In this document: positions 19,320 to 28,850 of the stretch, piece by piece | Layout: each line of letters begins with the position of its first letter | How positions within the stretch are numbered: the first letter of the stretch is position 1 | Assembly (NCBI GenBank): GCA_017305835.1 | Contig: JAFKJY010000042.1 | Coordinates: 36,110 to 100,109 of the forward strand | DNA length: 64,000 bases | Origin: Hyphomicrobiales bacterium | GTDB taxonomy: Bacteria > Pseudomonadota > Alphaproteobacteria > Rhizobiales > Rhizobiaceae | Reading direction: 5' to 3' | Position numbers and translations under genes: made by a program | The notes under the pieces: generated by a model | Databases searched by the model: none | Told to the model about the DNA's origin: nothing | What the model saw: only the letters and a program-made list of their open reading frames with translations

Positions 19320-21682
19320 CAGGCCGGCCTCGTGCGGCGCGTCTGCGTCGTCTGCATTGCACCCACCGCGATTTTCGGGATGTTGCGCCCGAGCTCCTGC
19401 ACCGACTGCTCGACCCGCCGCAACTGCGCCGCATCGGCGCCGGGTGCGTTGATCTGGATCGGCATGCTGATCGTCGTCTGCGAAGCGCTCCCACCACTCA
19501 TTGTGGCCGACGGCACGACCGGCCCGGTGATCCGATGGTTGGGGATGACCTTCGCACCGCGAGGCAGGTTGACGAGCTCGGGTCCGCGCTCCCCCACGAC
19601 CGCCAGGCCGCCCGGCGCATAGTTCGTGCCGCTCGCGAAGAACGGAATCCCCAGCCCGCTGAGAAAGGCGCCGATGAGCCCGCCGCCCCCTCCACCGCCG
19701 AATGGCCCCTTGCCGAGGAGGAGGGCCTGGGCAGCTACATCGACGAGGGTATTGAGGAAGTTGTCGAGTGCCTTGTTGCCGGTCTCGATCGCCGGGATGA
19801 GATCCGAGAACAGTCCGTAGATGGCATTTTCCCAGAAGGCGCGCTGGTCCTGTGCCTTGCGCAGTTGATCGGCCTGTCGCGCATAGGCCGACGACACCTC
19901 GTCGATCTGCCGCGCCTGGTCGGACGAGAGCTGCGCGTTCTGCCAGTCCTGCTCGCCCTTGCGCCGCGCTTCCTCGCGCACGTCCTTCAGCGCCTTTTGC
20001 TCGAGATCGAAGGCGATCTTTCGCTTCTGCTGCGCCTCATAGGACAGACCGAGCTGCGCGCGTTCCTCGGCCAGGGCGACCGTCCGCTGGCGGATGGCCT
20101 CGATATCTTCGAAAAAGCGATCGTCGGCCGTCCGGCGCGGCACCTTGGCGGCTGGGGTCTTCTTTGGCTTGTTCGGATCGATGCCGCTGTCGTTGTCGTA
20201 TCCGAATCGGCGCCACATGTTGAATTGTGCGCGGAACTCTTCCTGCGCGCGATCCATCGTGCCCTTGCCGCCGATCGCGTCACCCTTGGGCGCCACCTCC
20301 CTGGCGAGGGCGTCCATGCCGGCCAGCATGTTGCGGATGGCCTGCCCCTGCACGACGAGGTCCGCGATCCGATCCATGGCCACAGCGGCAGCATCACCGA
20401 TGGAAAGGATCGCGTTCTGCGCTTTCGACGTATCGGGATTGAGCGTCGACAGGTCGCTCAGGTGCTTGTCGAGCGCCTCAAGATGTTCTCGTCCCGACGC
20501 CGCCTCATCTATGATCTTGATGATTTCGTCGGCGACGGGCCTCAACCGGGCGGGATCGGTCGACACGATGCTCTCAAGCGTCTGCTGGAATGCATCGTAG
20601 TCTGGCTTACCCTGCTGGATTTCCGAACGCAGGCGCCGGATCGGATCGGCGAACGCAGCGAATCGCGCACTGACCGCACTGAGAGTGCGATCGCCGACGA
20701 GACCGAAGCGCTCCAGCAGACCGAAGCCGCTGATGCCGAAATCCGACAGAGAAGTCTGGATCGTCTTTTCCTGCGCCGCAATTGCCTCCCGCAGGACCGC
20801 GCGCGCCCGTCGCTCGGCCGCCTCGAGGGCGGCGATGCTGCGCCGGCTGTACTCATCCGCCCCGTCGCCGGCCAAGCCGTACGCCTTGCGCAGATCAGCG
20901 ATCGTACGCTGATGCTCCTTCAAGGCATCCTGCACGTCGGCGGAACCGCTCAGCACCGTCGAAGAGAGCTGAATCGCGGCCGCGGTCAACCCGACGACGC
21001 CTATCGTCACAAGCGAGACCGGATTGACGATCGACGAGAAGGCCGCGCCGAGCCCGGCAATGACGTGGCGGGAACTGCCCATCTCGTTGAGCACGGCGGA
21101 AAGCTGGGTGCCCTGCTGCAGGGCGATCTGCAGTGGCGACATGCCCATGGCTGAAGTCACGGCGACGTCCTGGAACTGCGCCGCGATGTTGGCCGTGTTG
21201 AAGGTCGAGCTTCCTCCGCGCCGCGCCGCGGCGGAATCGAGTACGGCATTGCGCTGCTTCAGGGCGGCGATGCTGGCGAGCGCAGCCTGCCGCTCGCGCT
21301 GGATCGCGGCCGTCATCTCGTCGGTCGAGATCGCTCCGAGCCGCTGAGCGGTCTGGATCTCGGTCACCGTCGCCTTGTAGCGCGCCACCACCGCGAAGAT
21401 CGGGTTGAAGCGGGCACGCATCCGCTCCAGTTCCTTGCCCTGATCAGCAAGCGCCCCGGTCCATTCCTTCGTTGCCGCGACGCCGACGCCGGTGATCTCG
21501 TTGATCCGCTTCTGGACGGTCGTGTCGATCGACTTGTCGATGCCTTTGCCGATGCGGGCGAACGACTTCTCGACGCCCGCGGCCGAGGTGCCGATATCCT
21601 TCTCCAGCCGCTTGATCGCGTTCATGATCTGCCGCGTGTCGGCGGAGATCGAGAGGACGAGCTCTTCCGTGTCGGATGCCAT
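19319..21682 (-). CDS. Tail tape measure protein
   Basis: 787 aa helical; NIAAQFQDVAV...QIALQQGTQL lambda/HK97-type motif; FASGT...VVGERGPEL C-terminus. Confidence 0.92.
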   Translation of the reverse strand: MASDTEELVLSISADTRQIMNAIKRLEKDIGTSAAGVEKSFARIGKGIDKSIDTTVQKRINEITGVGVAATKEWTGALADQGKELERMRARFNPIFAVVARYKATVTEIQTAQRLGAISTDEMTAAIQRERQAALASIAALKQRNAVLDSAAARRGGSSTFNTANIAAQFQDVAVTSAMGMSPLQIALQQGTQLSAVLNEMGSSRHVIAGLGAAFSSIVNPVSLVTIGVVGLTAAAIQLSSTVLSGSADVQDALKEHQRTIADLRKAYGLAGDGADEYSRRSIAALEAAERRARAVLREAIAAQEKTIQTSLSDFGISGFGLLERFGLVGDRTLSAVSARFAAFADPIRRLRSEIQQGKPDYDAFQQTLESIVSTDPARLRPVADEIIKIIDEAASGREHLEALDKHLSDLSTLNPDTSKAQNAILSIGDAAAVAMDRIADLVVQGQAIRNMLAGMDALAREVAPKGDAIGGKGTMDRAQEEFRAQFNMWRRFGYDNDSGIDPNKPKKTPAAKVPRRTADDRFFEDIEAIRQRTVALAEERAQLGLSYEAQQKRKIAFDLEQKALKDVREEARRKGEQDWQNAQLSSDQARQIDEVSSAYARQADQLRKAQDQRAFWENAIYGLFSDLIPAIETGNKALDNFLNTLVDVAAQALLLGKGPFGGGGGGGLIGAFLSGLGIPFFASGTNYAPGGLAVVGERGPELVNLPRGAKVIPNHRITGPVVPSATMSGGSASQTTISMPIQINAPGADAAQLRRVEQSVQELGRNIPKIAVGAMQTTQTRRTRPA

Positions 21683-21690
21683 CAGGTCAC

Positions 21691-21861
21691 CTAGCCATAC
21701 CGCGCCAGCAATTCCGCCATCTCATCGTCACTGGGCGCCTCGATCGCCTTTTCGCCGCCATGCATGGCGTTGAAGGCGTCGATGGCGATGACATATTCCG
21801 TCATCGTCGCCCGCCAGAACGTCTCCGGCGGCCACTGAAGCGCGCCGAACGCCCCTTTCAT
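21691..21861 (-). CDS. Tail assembly chaperone T part (reached by -1 frameshift as gpGT)
   Basis: WPPETFWRAT motif; frame is open upstream to the slippery site in the G gene. Confidence 0.7.
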   Translation of the reverse strand: MKGAFGALQWPPETFWRATMTEYVIAIDAFNAMHGGEKAIEAPSDDEMAELLARYG

Positions 21862-21887
21862 CCAGTCGGACCAGGGGAACGGTTTTT

Positions 21888-22232
21888 CTACGCCGCCGCC
21901 CCGGTCCCGGCGGCGTCCCCGTTTCCCTCTGCGTCCTGGAAGTGATGCGCCAGCGCCTTGTTGAAAGCGTCGGCGCAGGCACGGAAATCCTTCAGGGTCA
22001 GGGCTTTGACGGCCGCCTGCGCATCACCGCGCACCGACAGCAACGGCAGCGCCGTCGTCACCGCGGCGACTTCCACCCCCGACAGACGGGTGAACAGGTC
22101 CGCGAGCGACTTGCAGTCCAGCGCCGTCGAGACGGCGGCGAGCCTGCCCATCTCCGCAGCGATGACCAAGTCGACCTTGCCGACGCGCAGGGCGACTTCG
22201 CCCCGCGCGCCGTTGACGGGAAGCGCGCTCAT
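21888..22232 (-). CDS. Tail assembly chaperone G (GTA gp10-like)
   Basis: NGARGEVAL N-terminus; between tail tube and tape measure. Confidence 0.75.
   Translation of the reverse strand: MSALPVNGARGEVALRVGKVDLVIAAEMGRLAAVSTALDCKSLADLFTRLSGVEVAAVTTALPLLSVRGDAQAAVKALTLKDFRACADAFNKALAHHFQDAEGNGDAAGTGAAA
21921..21927 (-). other. -1 ribosomal frameshift heptamer G GGA AAC
   Basis: X XXY YYZ in frame (GAG GGA AAC); -1 frame reads through to the T ORF. Confidence 0.8.
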
Positions 22233-22927
22233 GCCGCGATCACGTCGGCGGTGCCGCCCGACGCAGCGGACGCGCTGCCGGACGTGTTGGTGGCGGTGAC
22301 GGCCACCGTGATCGTCGAGCCGATGTCGCCGACCACCGGCGTATAACTGTCGGTCGTCGCGCCGGAGATGTTGGAACCGTCCTTCTTCCACTGGAAGGTG
22401 AAGACGGGATTGCCGGTCCACACCCCGGGGAAGGCCTTCAGAGCCTGGCCGACCTGCGCGATGCCGGCGATCGACGGCAGCAGCGAATTGACCGGCGTCA
22501 CGGCCTCGGCGGTGAAGGTGAGCGGACCCGCGGCGGAGAAGGTCGCGGAGAACTCCATGTTGCCTTCCATCTCGCCGGAGAACTCGAAGTCCGAGACCAT
22601 CCACGAGCCGGCATAGGTGCCTTCGCCGGGTACGACCACCTGTGCGTTGAACACGGTGGCGCCGCGGACGTGACCCATCAGCGTCGCCTGTGTCGTGCCG
22701 CTGACGAAAGCGCCGGAGCCGGAGAAGGTCCGGTTGACGATGCCGGGCTCGGCCGTCTTCTGCACCGCCTGGCCGGGGTTGTTGCAGTCGGGCACCGTCG
22801 TATCGACTTCGTTGGCCGACAGGTTGAACGAGCGCGTCTTCAGCCCGCACAGGTTCGAAAAGCTCTCGGGGGAGCCGCCGTCGCCGATCTTGATCAGCAG
22901 AAGGCGGCCGGTCTGCTGACCAGCCAT
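22229..22927 (-). CDS. Major tail tube protein (TP901-1 family) with C-terminal Ig-like domain
   Basis: GRLLLIKIGDG, GLKTRSFN motifs; C-terminal PSIAG...VGQ...FQWKKDG Ig-like segment. Confidence 0.88.
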   Translation of the reverse strand: MAGQQTGRLLLIKIGDGGSPESFSNLCGLKTRSFNLSANEVDTTVPDCNNPGQAVQKTAEPGIVNRTFSGSGAFVSGTTQATLMGHVRGATVFNAQVVVPGEGTYAGSWMVSDFEFSGEMEGNMEFSATFSAAGPLTFTAEAVTPVNSLLPSIAGIAQVGQALKAFPGVWTGNPVFTFQWKKDGSNISGATTDSYTPVVGDIGSTITVAVTATNTSGSASAASGGTADVIAA

Positions 22928-22973
22928 GTCAGTTCTCCTTGGTGGAAGCCTTGCCGAAGGGCAGTTGCGGCGG

Positions 22974-23387
22974 TCAGGCGGCGGCCTGAATGATGGCGAC
23001 GAACTCGACCACGCCATGGCCGGTGAGATCGTCGGCGTCGTAGAAGATGCGTTCGCCGCGGTGGTCGAGCGTCACGAGCTGATTGCCGGGAAGCGTCAGA
23101 GGATAGTCATGCAGGGCGCGGCCGACCTCGTATGCGATGCTGCGCGCGTCCTGCAAAGGGTCCATCCCGCCGCGCGTCCATACATGGACGTTGAGGGTGA
23201 TTTCCTCGCCGGTGACGCAGGTGGCGTCGTCGCGGATGCCGAACGTGTCGAAGTTCGCGATGTGCGGATAGTCGGCCTTCTCGGGGGCGCGATACCAGAC
23301 GCGATCGCCGACGAGCGCGGCAACGTTCCCGGCCGACAGCAGCCTGTCGCGGGTGCACAGAACCAGATCTCTCGACGGTGCGCCCAT
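22974..23387 (-). CDS. Tail terminator (DUF3168-like)
   Basis: LVGDRVWY.AP...YP, HVWTR, HGVVEF pattern. Confidence 0.75.
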   Translation of the reverse strand: MGAPSRDLVLCTRDRLLSAGNVAALVGDRVWYRAPEKADYPHIANFDTFGIRDDATCVTGEEITLNVHVWTRGGMDPLQDARSIAYEVGRALHDYPLTLPGNQLVTLDHRGERIFYDADDLTGHGVVEFVAIIQAAA

Positions 23388-23894
23388 CTACTTGCCCATC
23401 GCCTTGCGGACGGCCTTGTTGACGGCGGCGGCCATCTTGCGGCGCGCCGTCTTCTGGTAGGCGCGCCAGGTCGGAAAGATGTGCGGCTTCGCGTCGGCCC
23501 CGGGATGCCGCACCGACTTCACCGAAACGACCTTGCCGTCGCGCCCGGTGAAAGTGAGCGGCCGGCCGTGTTTCGCCTTGATGACATGGGCACTCGTGCC
23601 AAATTCGAGGAAGCGCCAGTACCAGGCGGCGAACACGCCTGTCGCGTTCCTGTCCTTCGTCGGCCGCGCCGCAAGAACCTGCTGGCCGCCGGGCAAATCG
23701 GCCAGCCGCTCGGCCGAAATGCTGCGGCGGTATTCGCCGGTCGGGCCGATCGGCGCGCGCGCGGCGATCCTGCTCGCCGCCTCCTGCGCCACCTCGAGCT
23801 GCGCCGCAGCGAGGTTTTTCTCCGCGTCCGGCACGAGATGGTTGAGCCTGCGCATGACGGCCTCGCGGCCGAGCATCTTCGCCTTGATGGCCAT
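23388..23894 (-). CDS. HK97 gp10-like neck protein
   Basis: AP..TGEYRRSI, YWRFLEFGT, HPG..AKPHIFP. Confidence 0.8.
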   Translation of the reverse strand: MAIKAKMLGREAVMRRLNHLVPDAEKNLAAAQLEVAQEAASRIAARAPIGPTGEYRRSISAERLADLPGGQQVLAARPTKDRNATGVFAAWYWRFLEFGTSAHVIKAKHGRPLTFTGRDGKVVSVKSVRHPGADAKPHIFPTWRAYQKTARRKMAAAVNKAVRKAMGK

Positions 23895-23896
23895 GG

Positions 23897-24253
23897 CTAT
23901 GCCGCCACCCCGCGCTCGCACAGAAGCGAGATCCACATGCGGTCCGTCTCCTGCGTCACGTCGCGCACGTTGAACACGGTGCCGTCGCGCGCGTCGACAA
24001 GCCGCCATTCCGGCGTGATCTGCCGCGTCTGCGATGACGCGCGCACGGTGATGACCTGTGTATGTCTGCCTTGCAGCCGGCCAGCCATGACGTCCTCGCC
24101 GCCGCGGAGATGCCGATAGGCGGCGCGCACCGAGAACTGCGTCGCCCAACCGCCGGCGCCGGGCACGGGATGCCCGAGTTCGTCGACGCCGGAGATGAGC
24201 TTCTGGCAATCGACCTTGTAGTAGAGGTCGCCCGCGCCGATCTGCCGTGCCAT
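23897..24253 (-). CDS. Head closure / head-tail adaptor (SPP1 gp16-like)
   Basis: DELG..., ITVR, WRL...FNVRDV pattern and position. Confidence 0.75.
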   Translation of the reverse strand: MARQIGAGDLYYKVDCQKLISGVDELGHPVPGAGGWATQFSVRAAYRHLRGGEDVMAGRLQGRHTQVITVRASSQTRQITPEWRLVDARDGTVFNVRDVTQETDRMWISLLCERGVAA

Positions 24254-24804
24254 CACACGCCTACCCTGCGATACGGCGCGACCAGCGCATCGACGGCCAT
24301 CGGCACGGTCGCGAGATCGCCAGCCGCAGCCGCCTCGCGGTTCGCATACCAGTGCGCGACAAGCATGAGGATCGCCGTGGTGATGGCGACCGGCACGACG
24401 CTGAATCCAGCCTTGTAGGTCACGCTCGCGGAGCGGGACGAAGGCCACGACTTCAGTTCGAGAACCGACCGGCCGCCCGCATCGGTTCGCAGAAGATAGT
24501 CGTCCGGATCCATCGTCTGCTCACTGCCATAGGCGTCAAAATAGTCGACACTGACGATCTCGATCACCGGGCCTAGCGGCAGCGGCATGCACCGCGCCAG
24601 TGCGTCGAAATCCTGCCGCCATGCCTGCTCCACCAGGCATCGCCCGAGTACGCCGGTCCACCCATCGAGATGATCGACAGCAGCGTTGATCAACGACGAG
24701 ATCAGCACGTCGTCATCATCATGATCGACGCGTAGATGTAGCTTCGCCAAATCGAGCGAAACGGGAAGTTCCTCAGGCGGGGTGATGAGCACGGGTGCGA
24801 GCAT
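24253..24804 (-). CDS. Head-tail connector (gp6-like)
   Basis: PVSLDLAKLHLRVD, AILMLVAHWYANRE. Confidence 0.88.
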   Translation of the reverse strand: MLAPVLITPPEELPVSLDLAKLHLRVDHDDDDVLISSLINAAVDHLDGWTGVLGRCLVEQAWRQDFDALARCMPLPLGPVIEIVSVDYFDAYGSEQTMDPDDYLLRTDAGGRSVLELKSWPSSRSASVTYKAGFSVVPVAITTAILMLVAHWYANREAAAAGDLATVPMAVDALVAPYRRVGV

Positions 24805-24855
24805 GACGACCTCGACCGGAAGGGAGGGACGGCGCGGACGCCGTCCCGATGGTCA

Positions 24856-25242
24856 TCAGGCGACGGGCGCGAGCGACGGGCTGCCCTTGATGACGACGGC
24901 GCCGGCGACGATGCTGGTGCCGCTCGTCTTGGTGATGACGGCGCGAATGTAGCGCTTGTTGCCGACATAGCCGACCTTGTAGGCACTGGTCGCCGCGAGC
25001 TCGGCGGGAAGCGAGCCGAGCAGATCCTTCGCGTCGACGTTGCCGAAGTCGCCGTCGGTCGTGGTGTCGCTCTCCTGGACGCTCACGACATACTTGCCCG
25101 ACGAGGTGATGGCCCCGGTGTTGACGACGATTGCCGCGCTGTCGAAGCCCTGCAGGTCGACGGCCGTACCCTTCGTCGTCGCCGAATAGTCGACGGGCGC
25201 GAGCGTCTGCGCGACGCCGATGCTGGATGCGAGATCACGCAT
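24856..25242 (-). CDS. Capsid-associated (decoration-like) protein
   Basis: 128 aa beta-rich ORF right after MCP with RBS. Confidence 0.5.
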   Translation of the reverse strand: MRDLASSIGVAQTLAPVDYSATTKGTAVDLQGFDSAAIVVNTGAITSSGKYVVSVQESDTTTDGDFGNVDAKDLLGSLPAELAATSAYKVGYVGNKRYIRAVITKTSGTSIVAGAVVIKGSPSLAPVA

Positions 25243-25309
25243 GTGCGTGTCCTTTCGTGGATCGAGAAATCATGGGGAGGCGGGGCGGCCGGAGCCGCCC
25301 GCGCCGAGA

Positions 25310-26728
25310 TCAGCTCGTCGCGATCTTCAGCAGCTTCAGCGCCTCGAAGTTCTGAACTCCGCCGCCGACGCGCTTCGTGGTGTAGAAGTGCACGTAGGGC
25401 TTGTTGGTGAACGGGTCGCGAAGCACCCGCACCCCCATGCGGTCGACGATCAGATAGCCGCGCTGGAAGTCCCCGAACGCGATCGGGAACTTGCCGGCGC
25501 CGATGTCCGGCATGTTGTCGTCGTCCGTGATCGGATAGCCCAGCAGCGTTGCCGGCTGGCCCACCTGGATGGAGGGCTGCCACAGGTACAGCTCCTCGGT
25601 CTTCGACTTCAGCTTGCGGATGACGGCCTGCGACTTGCGGTTCATCAGGAACCGGCCACCCTGGCGATAGCCCTGCTTGATCGCATAGACCAGGTCGGTC
25701 AGGGCGTCGGCGCCGTTGTGCGTGCTGTCCGTGAGCGCGGCCGCCACGCCCGAAGCGATGTAGCCCAGCTTACCCCACGCATAGGACGCATCGGCAACCG
25801 TGTCGTAGGACAGCAGGCCACGCGGCTTGTTCACGCCATCGCCGCCGATGTACGCCGCACCTTCCATCTCGGCGAAGGTGATGGACACCTCGTCGGCGAG
25901 CCACTGTTCGATGCTCACGCGGGAGTCGTCGAGCAGCGTCTGTGTCGCCGCCGGATTGGCATAGAGCTCCATCGCCGGGAACGACAGTTCGACGAGTTGC
26001 GGCGTGCCGGTCTCGGGACGCGCCTGGCGTTCGCCCACCCAGCCGCCGACCGCCCCGCCCTGGTTGACGAGCTTCTTGTACGTTCCGGCCGAGATCGACA
26101 TGACGCGCGAGATCGAACGCATGGCCGACACGGTACCGAGAACCCTGTCGATCGTGCTCTCCATCTGGTCGGGCACGACATAGCCGCCGTCCGGATCGCT
26201 GTCGGTACGGAGCGCCGCCTTGACCTCGAGTTCCCGCAGTCCGTTCTCGGCGCCCTTGCGGAAGAACCGGTTGAAGGCCGTTGCGTGCTCCCGCTTCTCG
26301 GCCGACAGGGGCTTGTCATCGCCGCCGCCGCCCACCTTCACGGCCGCGAGGGCGGCGTTCACCTCGTCGAGGGCAGTCTGGAGCTTGGTGATCTCGGAAT
26401 TGATCCGGTCGACCTTTTCGGTCTGCACCACGTCTGCGAATTTGGCCTCGATCCCCTTCAGTTCGGCCTCGCGTTCCGACTTGAAGTCCTCGAAGGTCTT
26501 CTGGAGCTCGGCGAGGATCTTCGCGGCGTTGGAGCTGTCGGCACGCACGCCGACAAGGCCCCGGGCGCGCGTGTTGAGCGGAAGCATCAGGCCCATCGCC
26601 GTCACCAGGTCGACATGGTTGCCGAGCAGCGACAGGACGGGCATGTGGTCGATCGGCGCCGCGCTGGCAAGCGACACGCCGCAGAGGAACATCGCCGCCA
26701 GGGCGACGCAGTAGGTCGCGATCTTCAT
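25310..26728 (-). CDS. HK97-fold major capsid protein
   Basis: DGGYVVP, AYIGGDGVNKPRGLL, IAFGDF, RDPFTNKPYVHFYTTKRVGGGV; AGGA RBS 8 nt before ATG 26728. Confidence 0.95.
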   Translation of the reverse strand: MKIATYCVALAAMFLCGVSLASAAPIDHMPVLSLLGNHVDLVTAMGLMLPLNTRARGLVGVRADSSNAAKILAELQKTFEDFKSEREAELKGIEAKFADVVQTEKVDRINSEITKLQTALDEVNAALAAVKVGGGGDDKPLSAEKREHATAFNRFFRKGAENGLRELEVKAALRTDSDPDGGYVVPDQMESTIDRVLGTVSAMRSISRVMSISAGTYKKLVNQGGAVGGWVGERQARPETGTPQLVELSFPAMELYANPAATQTLLDDSRVSIEQWLADEVSITFAEMEGAAYIGGDGVNKPRGLLSYDTVADASYAWGKLGYIASGVAAALTDSTHNGADALTDLVYAIKQGYRQGGRFLMNRKSQAVIRKLKSKTEELYLWQPSIQVGQPATLLGYPITDDDNMPDIGAGKFPIAFGDFQRGYLIVDRMGVRVLRDPFTNKPYVHFYTTKRVGGGVQNFEALKLLKIATS

Positions 26729-26733
26729 CGCTG

Positions 26734-27600
26734 TCATCCTTTCATGGAATTGATGAGCTGCCGGATGGCAGTCACGTCGATGCCTGCATCACGCGCGGCG
26801 GGATTGCGGCTTGCATCGCGCGGGGCCGCGGAAACGCCCATCTCCATCAGGAGTTCGGAGCGCTTGTCTCGGGTGAAGCCGGCACGGGCGAGTGCGGCCT
26901 CGGTTTGCCGGCGCGCCATCAGCGCGCGATCGGCAGTGTTCTCGGGGTCTGCGGACGGGCTTTCGATTCCGTCGTCGACGACATCGGCAAACCCCTTGGA
27001 CACCGCTTCCGTCGGCCCCATGAAGGTCTCGGCGTCCATCAGCTTTTCGATCTCGGCACGCTTGGTGCCGGACCGGGCTTCGTAGATGTCGGCGATGGCT
27101 GCATCGAACCCGTCGAAGAGATCGGCCGCATCGCGCATGTCGTGCCGGTTGCCGATCACGACGCCCCACGCATTGTGGACCATCATGAACGTGCCGAGCC
27201 CCATGCGGATCTCGTCGCCGGCCATGGCGATGATCGAAGCGGCCGACGCCGCCCATCCCATCACCTCGACCGTCACCCTGGCCGGATGCCCCCGCAACAG
27301 GTTGTAGATCGCGATGCCCTCGAACATATCGCCGCCGGGCGAATTGATCTTCACCGTCACGTCGCGATTTCCGATCGAACGCAGCGCCGCCGAAATCCGC
27401 TTCGCCGTCACGCCGCCGCCCGTCCACCAATCCTCGCCGATCACCTCGAACATGGTGATGGTGGTGTCGTCGTTCTCCGCGGCGGCGCGAGGGGTCTCGG
27501 CCCACTTCGCGAGCACGTCGCTCGGGGCGTCCCACTGAAAGTTCTGCGGGCGCTGGAAGGTCTTCGCCTCAGGCAGCTTTCGCAGACTCATTGCCTTCAT
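26734..27600 (-). CDS. ClpP-like (S14) prohead protease
   Basis: INSPGGD, AASAASII, MMVHN, ETFMGPTEAV. Confidence 0.92.
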   Translation of the reverse strand: MKAMSLRKLPEAKTFQRPQNFQWDAPSDVLAKWAETPRAAAENDDTTITMFEVIGEDWWTGGGVTAKRISAALRSIGNRDVTVKINSPGGDMFEGIAIYNLLRGHPARVTVEVMGWAASAASIIAMAGDEIRMGLGTFMMVHNAWGVVIGNRHDMRDAADLFDGFDAAIADIYEARSGTKRAEIEKLMDAETFMGPTEAVSKGFADVVDDGIESPSADPENTADRALMARRQTEAALARAGFTRDKRSELLMEMGVSAAPRDASRNPAARDAGIDVTAIRQLINSMKG

Positions 27601-28840
27601 CCTTCTTGTCGGGCTCGACGTTGATCATCGGGTTTTCGTAGACGTCGCCGCCTTCGACCGGGTTCATGTCCTCGAGCGCGCGCACGTCGTTGGCGGACAG
27701 CACCTTCATCTGGCGGCCGCGCATGTAGGCTTCCCACCTGGTCTTGATGTCGCCCTTCACGAGCGAGGCCCGGTTGAAGCGCGCATAGATGTCCGGCTCG
27801 GCGGGGTCGATCAGGTCGCGACCTACCGTCTCTTCCCATGTGGTCAGATCGTCTTCGGCGCTGAAGGTGACGAACCCCTGCGTCTGCGAATCGATGCCGC
27901 TGCCCCAGCTCGTCGACTTCTCGGTGTCGCCGATCATGTGCGGCGGGACGCCAAAGAACATGGCGACGTCGGAACGGGAGAACTTGCGGCTCTCGATCCA
28001 CTGCGCATCCTCCGCCGTCATGGCGAGAGGTGAGGTGGACATTCCCTCTTCCAGGATGAGAGCCTTGCCCTCGCTCTCGCCTCCGGAGCGATAGTCGTCG
28101 AGGCTGGACTTCAGGAACTCCAGTCCCTCCTTGCCCAGCTTGCCGGGATGCGTGAGTACGACGCTGACACGCGCGCCATTCTTGAAGACCGTCGCGCCAT
28201 GATCCTCCATGGCCAGCGACAGGCCGATCGTCTCCCGCGCATAGGTGATTACGGAGACACCATGGACGCCGTCGAGCGACAAGCCCACGAGATGAAACAT
28301 CTCGGATTGGGGAAGAGTGACGCGCCGGCCGTCCCTGCGGGTGTACGTGTATTCGAGGCCGAGATCGTCGCGCTGCTTGCATTCCACCCGGTCGGGATGG
28401 AGCGGGATCAACTCCTTCACCATCCCTCTGGACCGCACGATCATCGCATAGGCATTGCCGCGCAGCAGCAAATGCGCCGTCAGCATCCTCTTGAATTGCG
28501 AAGGCGTCTGCCACCGATTCGGGCGCCGGCGGAAGATCACCCAAAGCGGGTGATTGGATGCATCCTCGCGCGTGCGATCATCGACGCGACGCTTGATATG
28601 CAAAGGCATGTTGGCGACAACGCCGGAACGGATGCGCACGCACGCATAGACGGCCGCCACCCGCATTGCTCGGTCGGGCGTTACCGCGATGCCTGCCGAC
28701 GTCGCTGCGCCCGTGCGAAGCGCATCTTCCAGTTCCTGCGGCGTGGTAATCAACACGCCGCCACCGATCGACTGGCTGGCCGCGCGCGGCTCCGGGGTCC
28801 GGGAAGCGCCGCCCCCGAAGATGCGAGACCACAGGCTCAT
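27569..28840 (-). CDS. HK97-family portal protein
   Basis: AVYACV, PNRWQT, LLRGNAY, FGVPPHMIG. Confidence 0.95.
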   Translation of the reverse strand: MSLWSRIFGGGASRTPEPRAASQSIGGGVLITTPQELEDALRTGAATSAGIAVTPDRAMRVAAVYACVRIRSGVVANMPLHIKRRVDDRTREDASNHPLWVIFRRRPNRWQTPSQFKRMLTAHLLLRGNAYAMIVRSRGMVKELIPLHPDRVECKQRDDLGLEYTYTRRDGRRVTLPQSEMFHLVGLSLDGVHGVSVITYARETIGLSLAMEDHGATVFKNGARVSVVLTHPGKLGKEGLEFLKSSLDDYRSGGESEGKALILEEGMSTSPLAMTAEDAQWIESRKFSRSDVAMFFGVPPHMIGDTEKSTSWGSGIDSQTQGFVTFSAEDDLTTWEETVGRDLIDPAEPDIYARFNRASLVKGDIKTRWEAYMRGRQMKVLSANDVRALEDMNPVEGGDVYENPMINVEPDKKDEGNESAKAA

Positions 28841-28850
28841 GGGATTCCCT

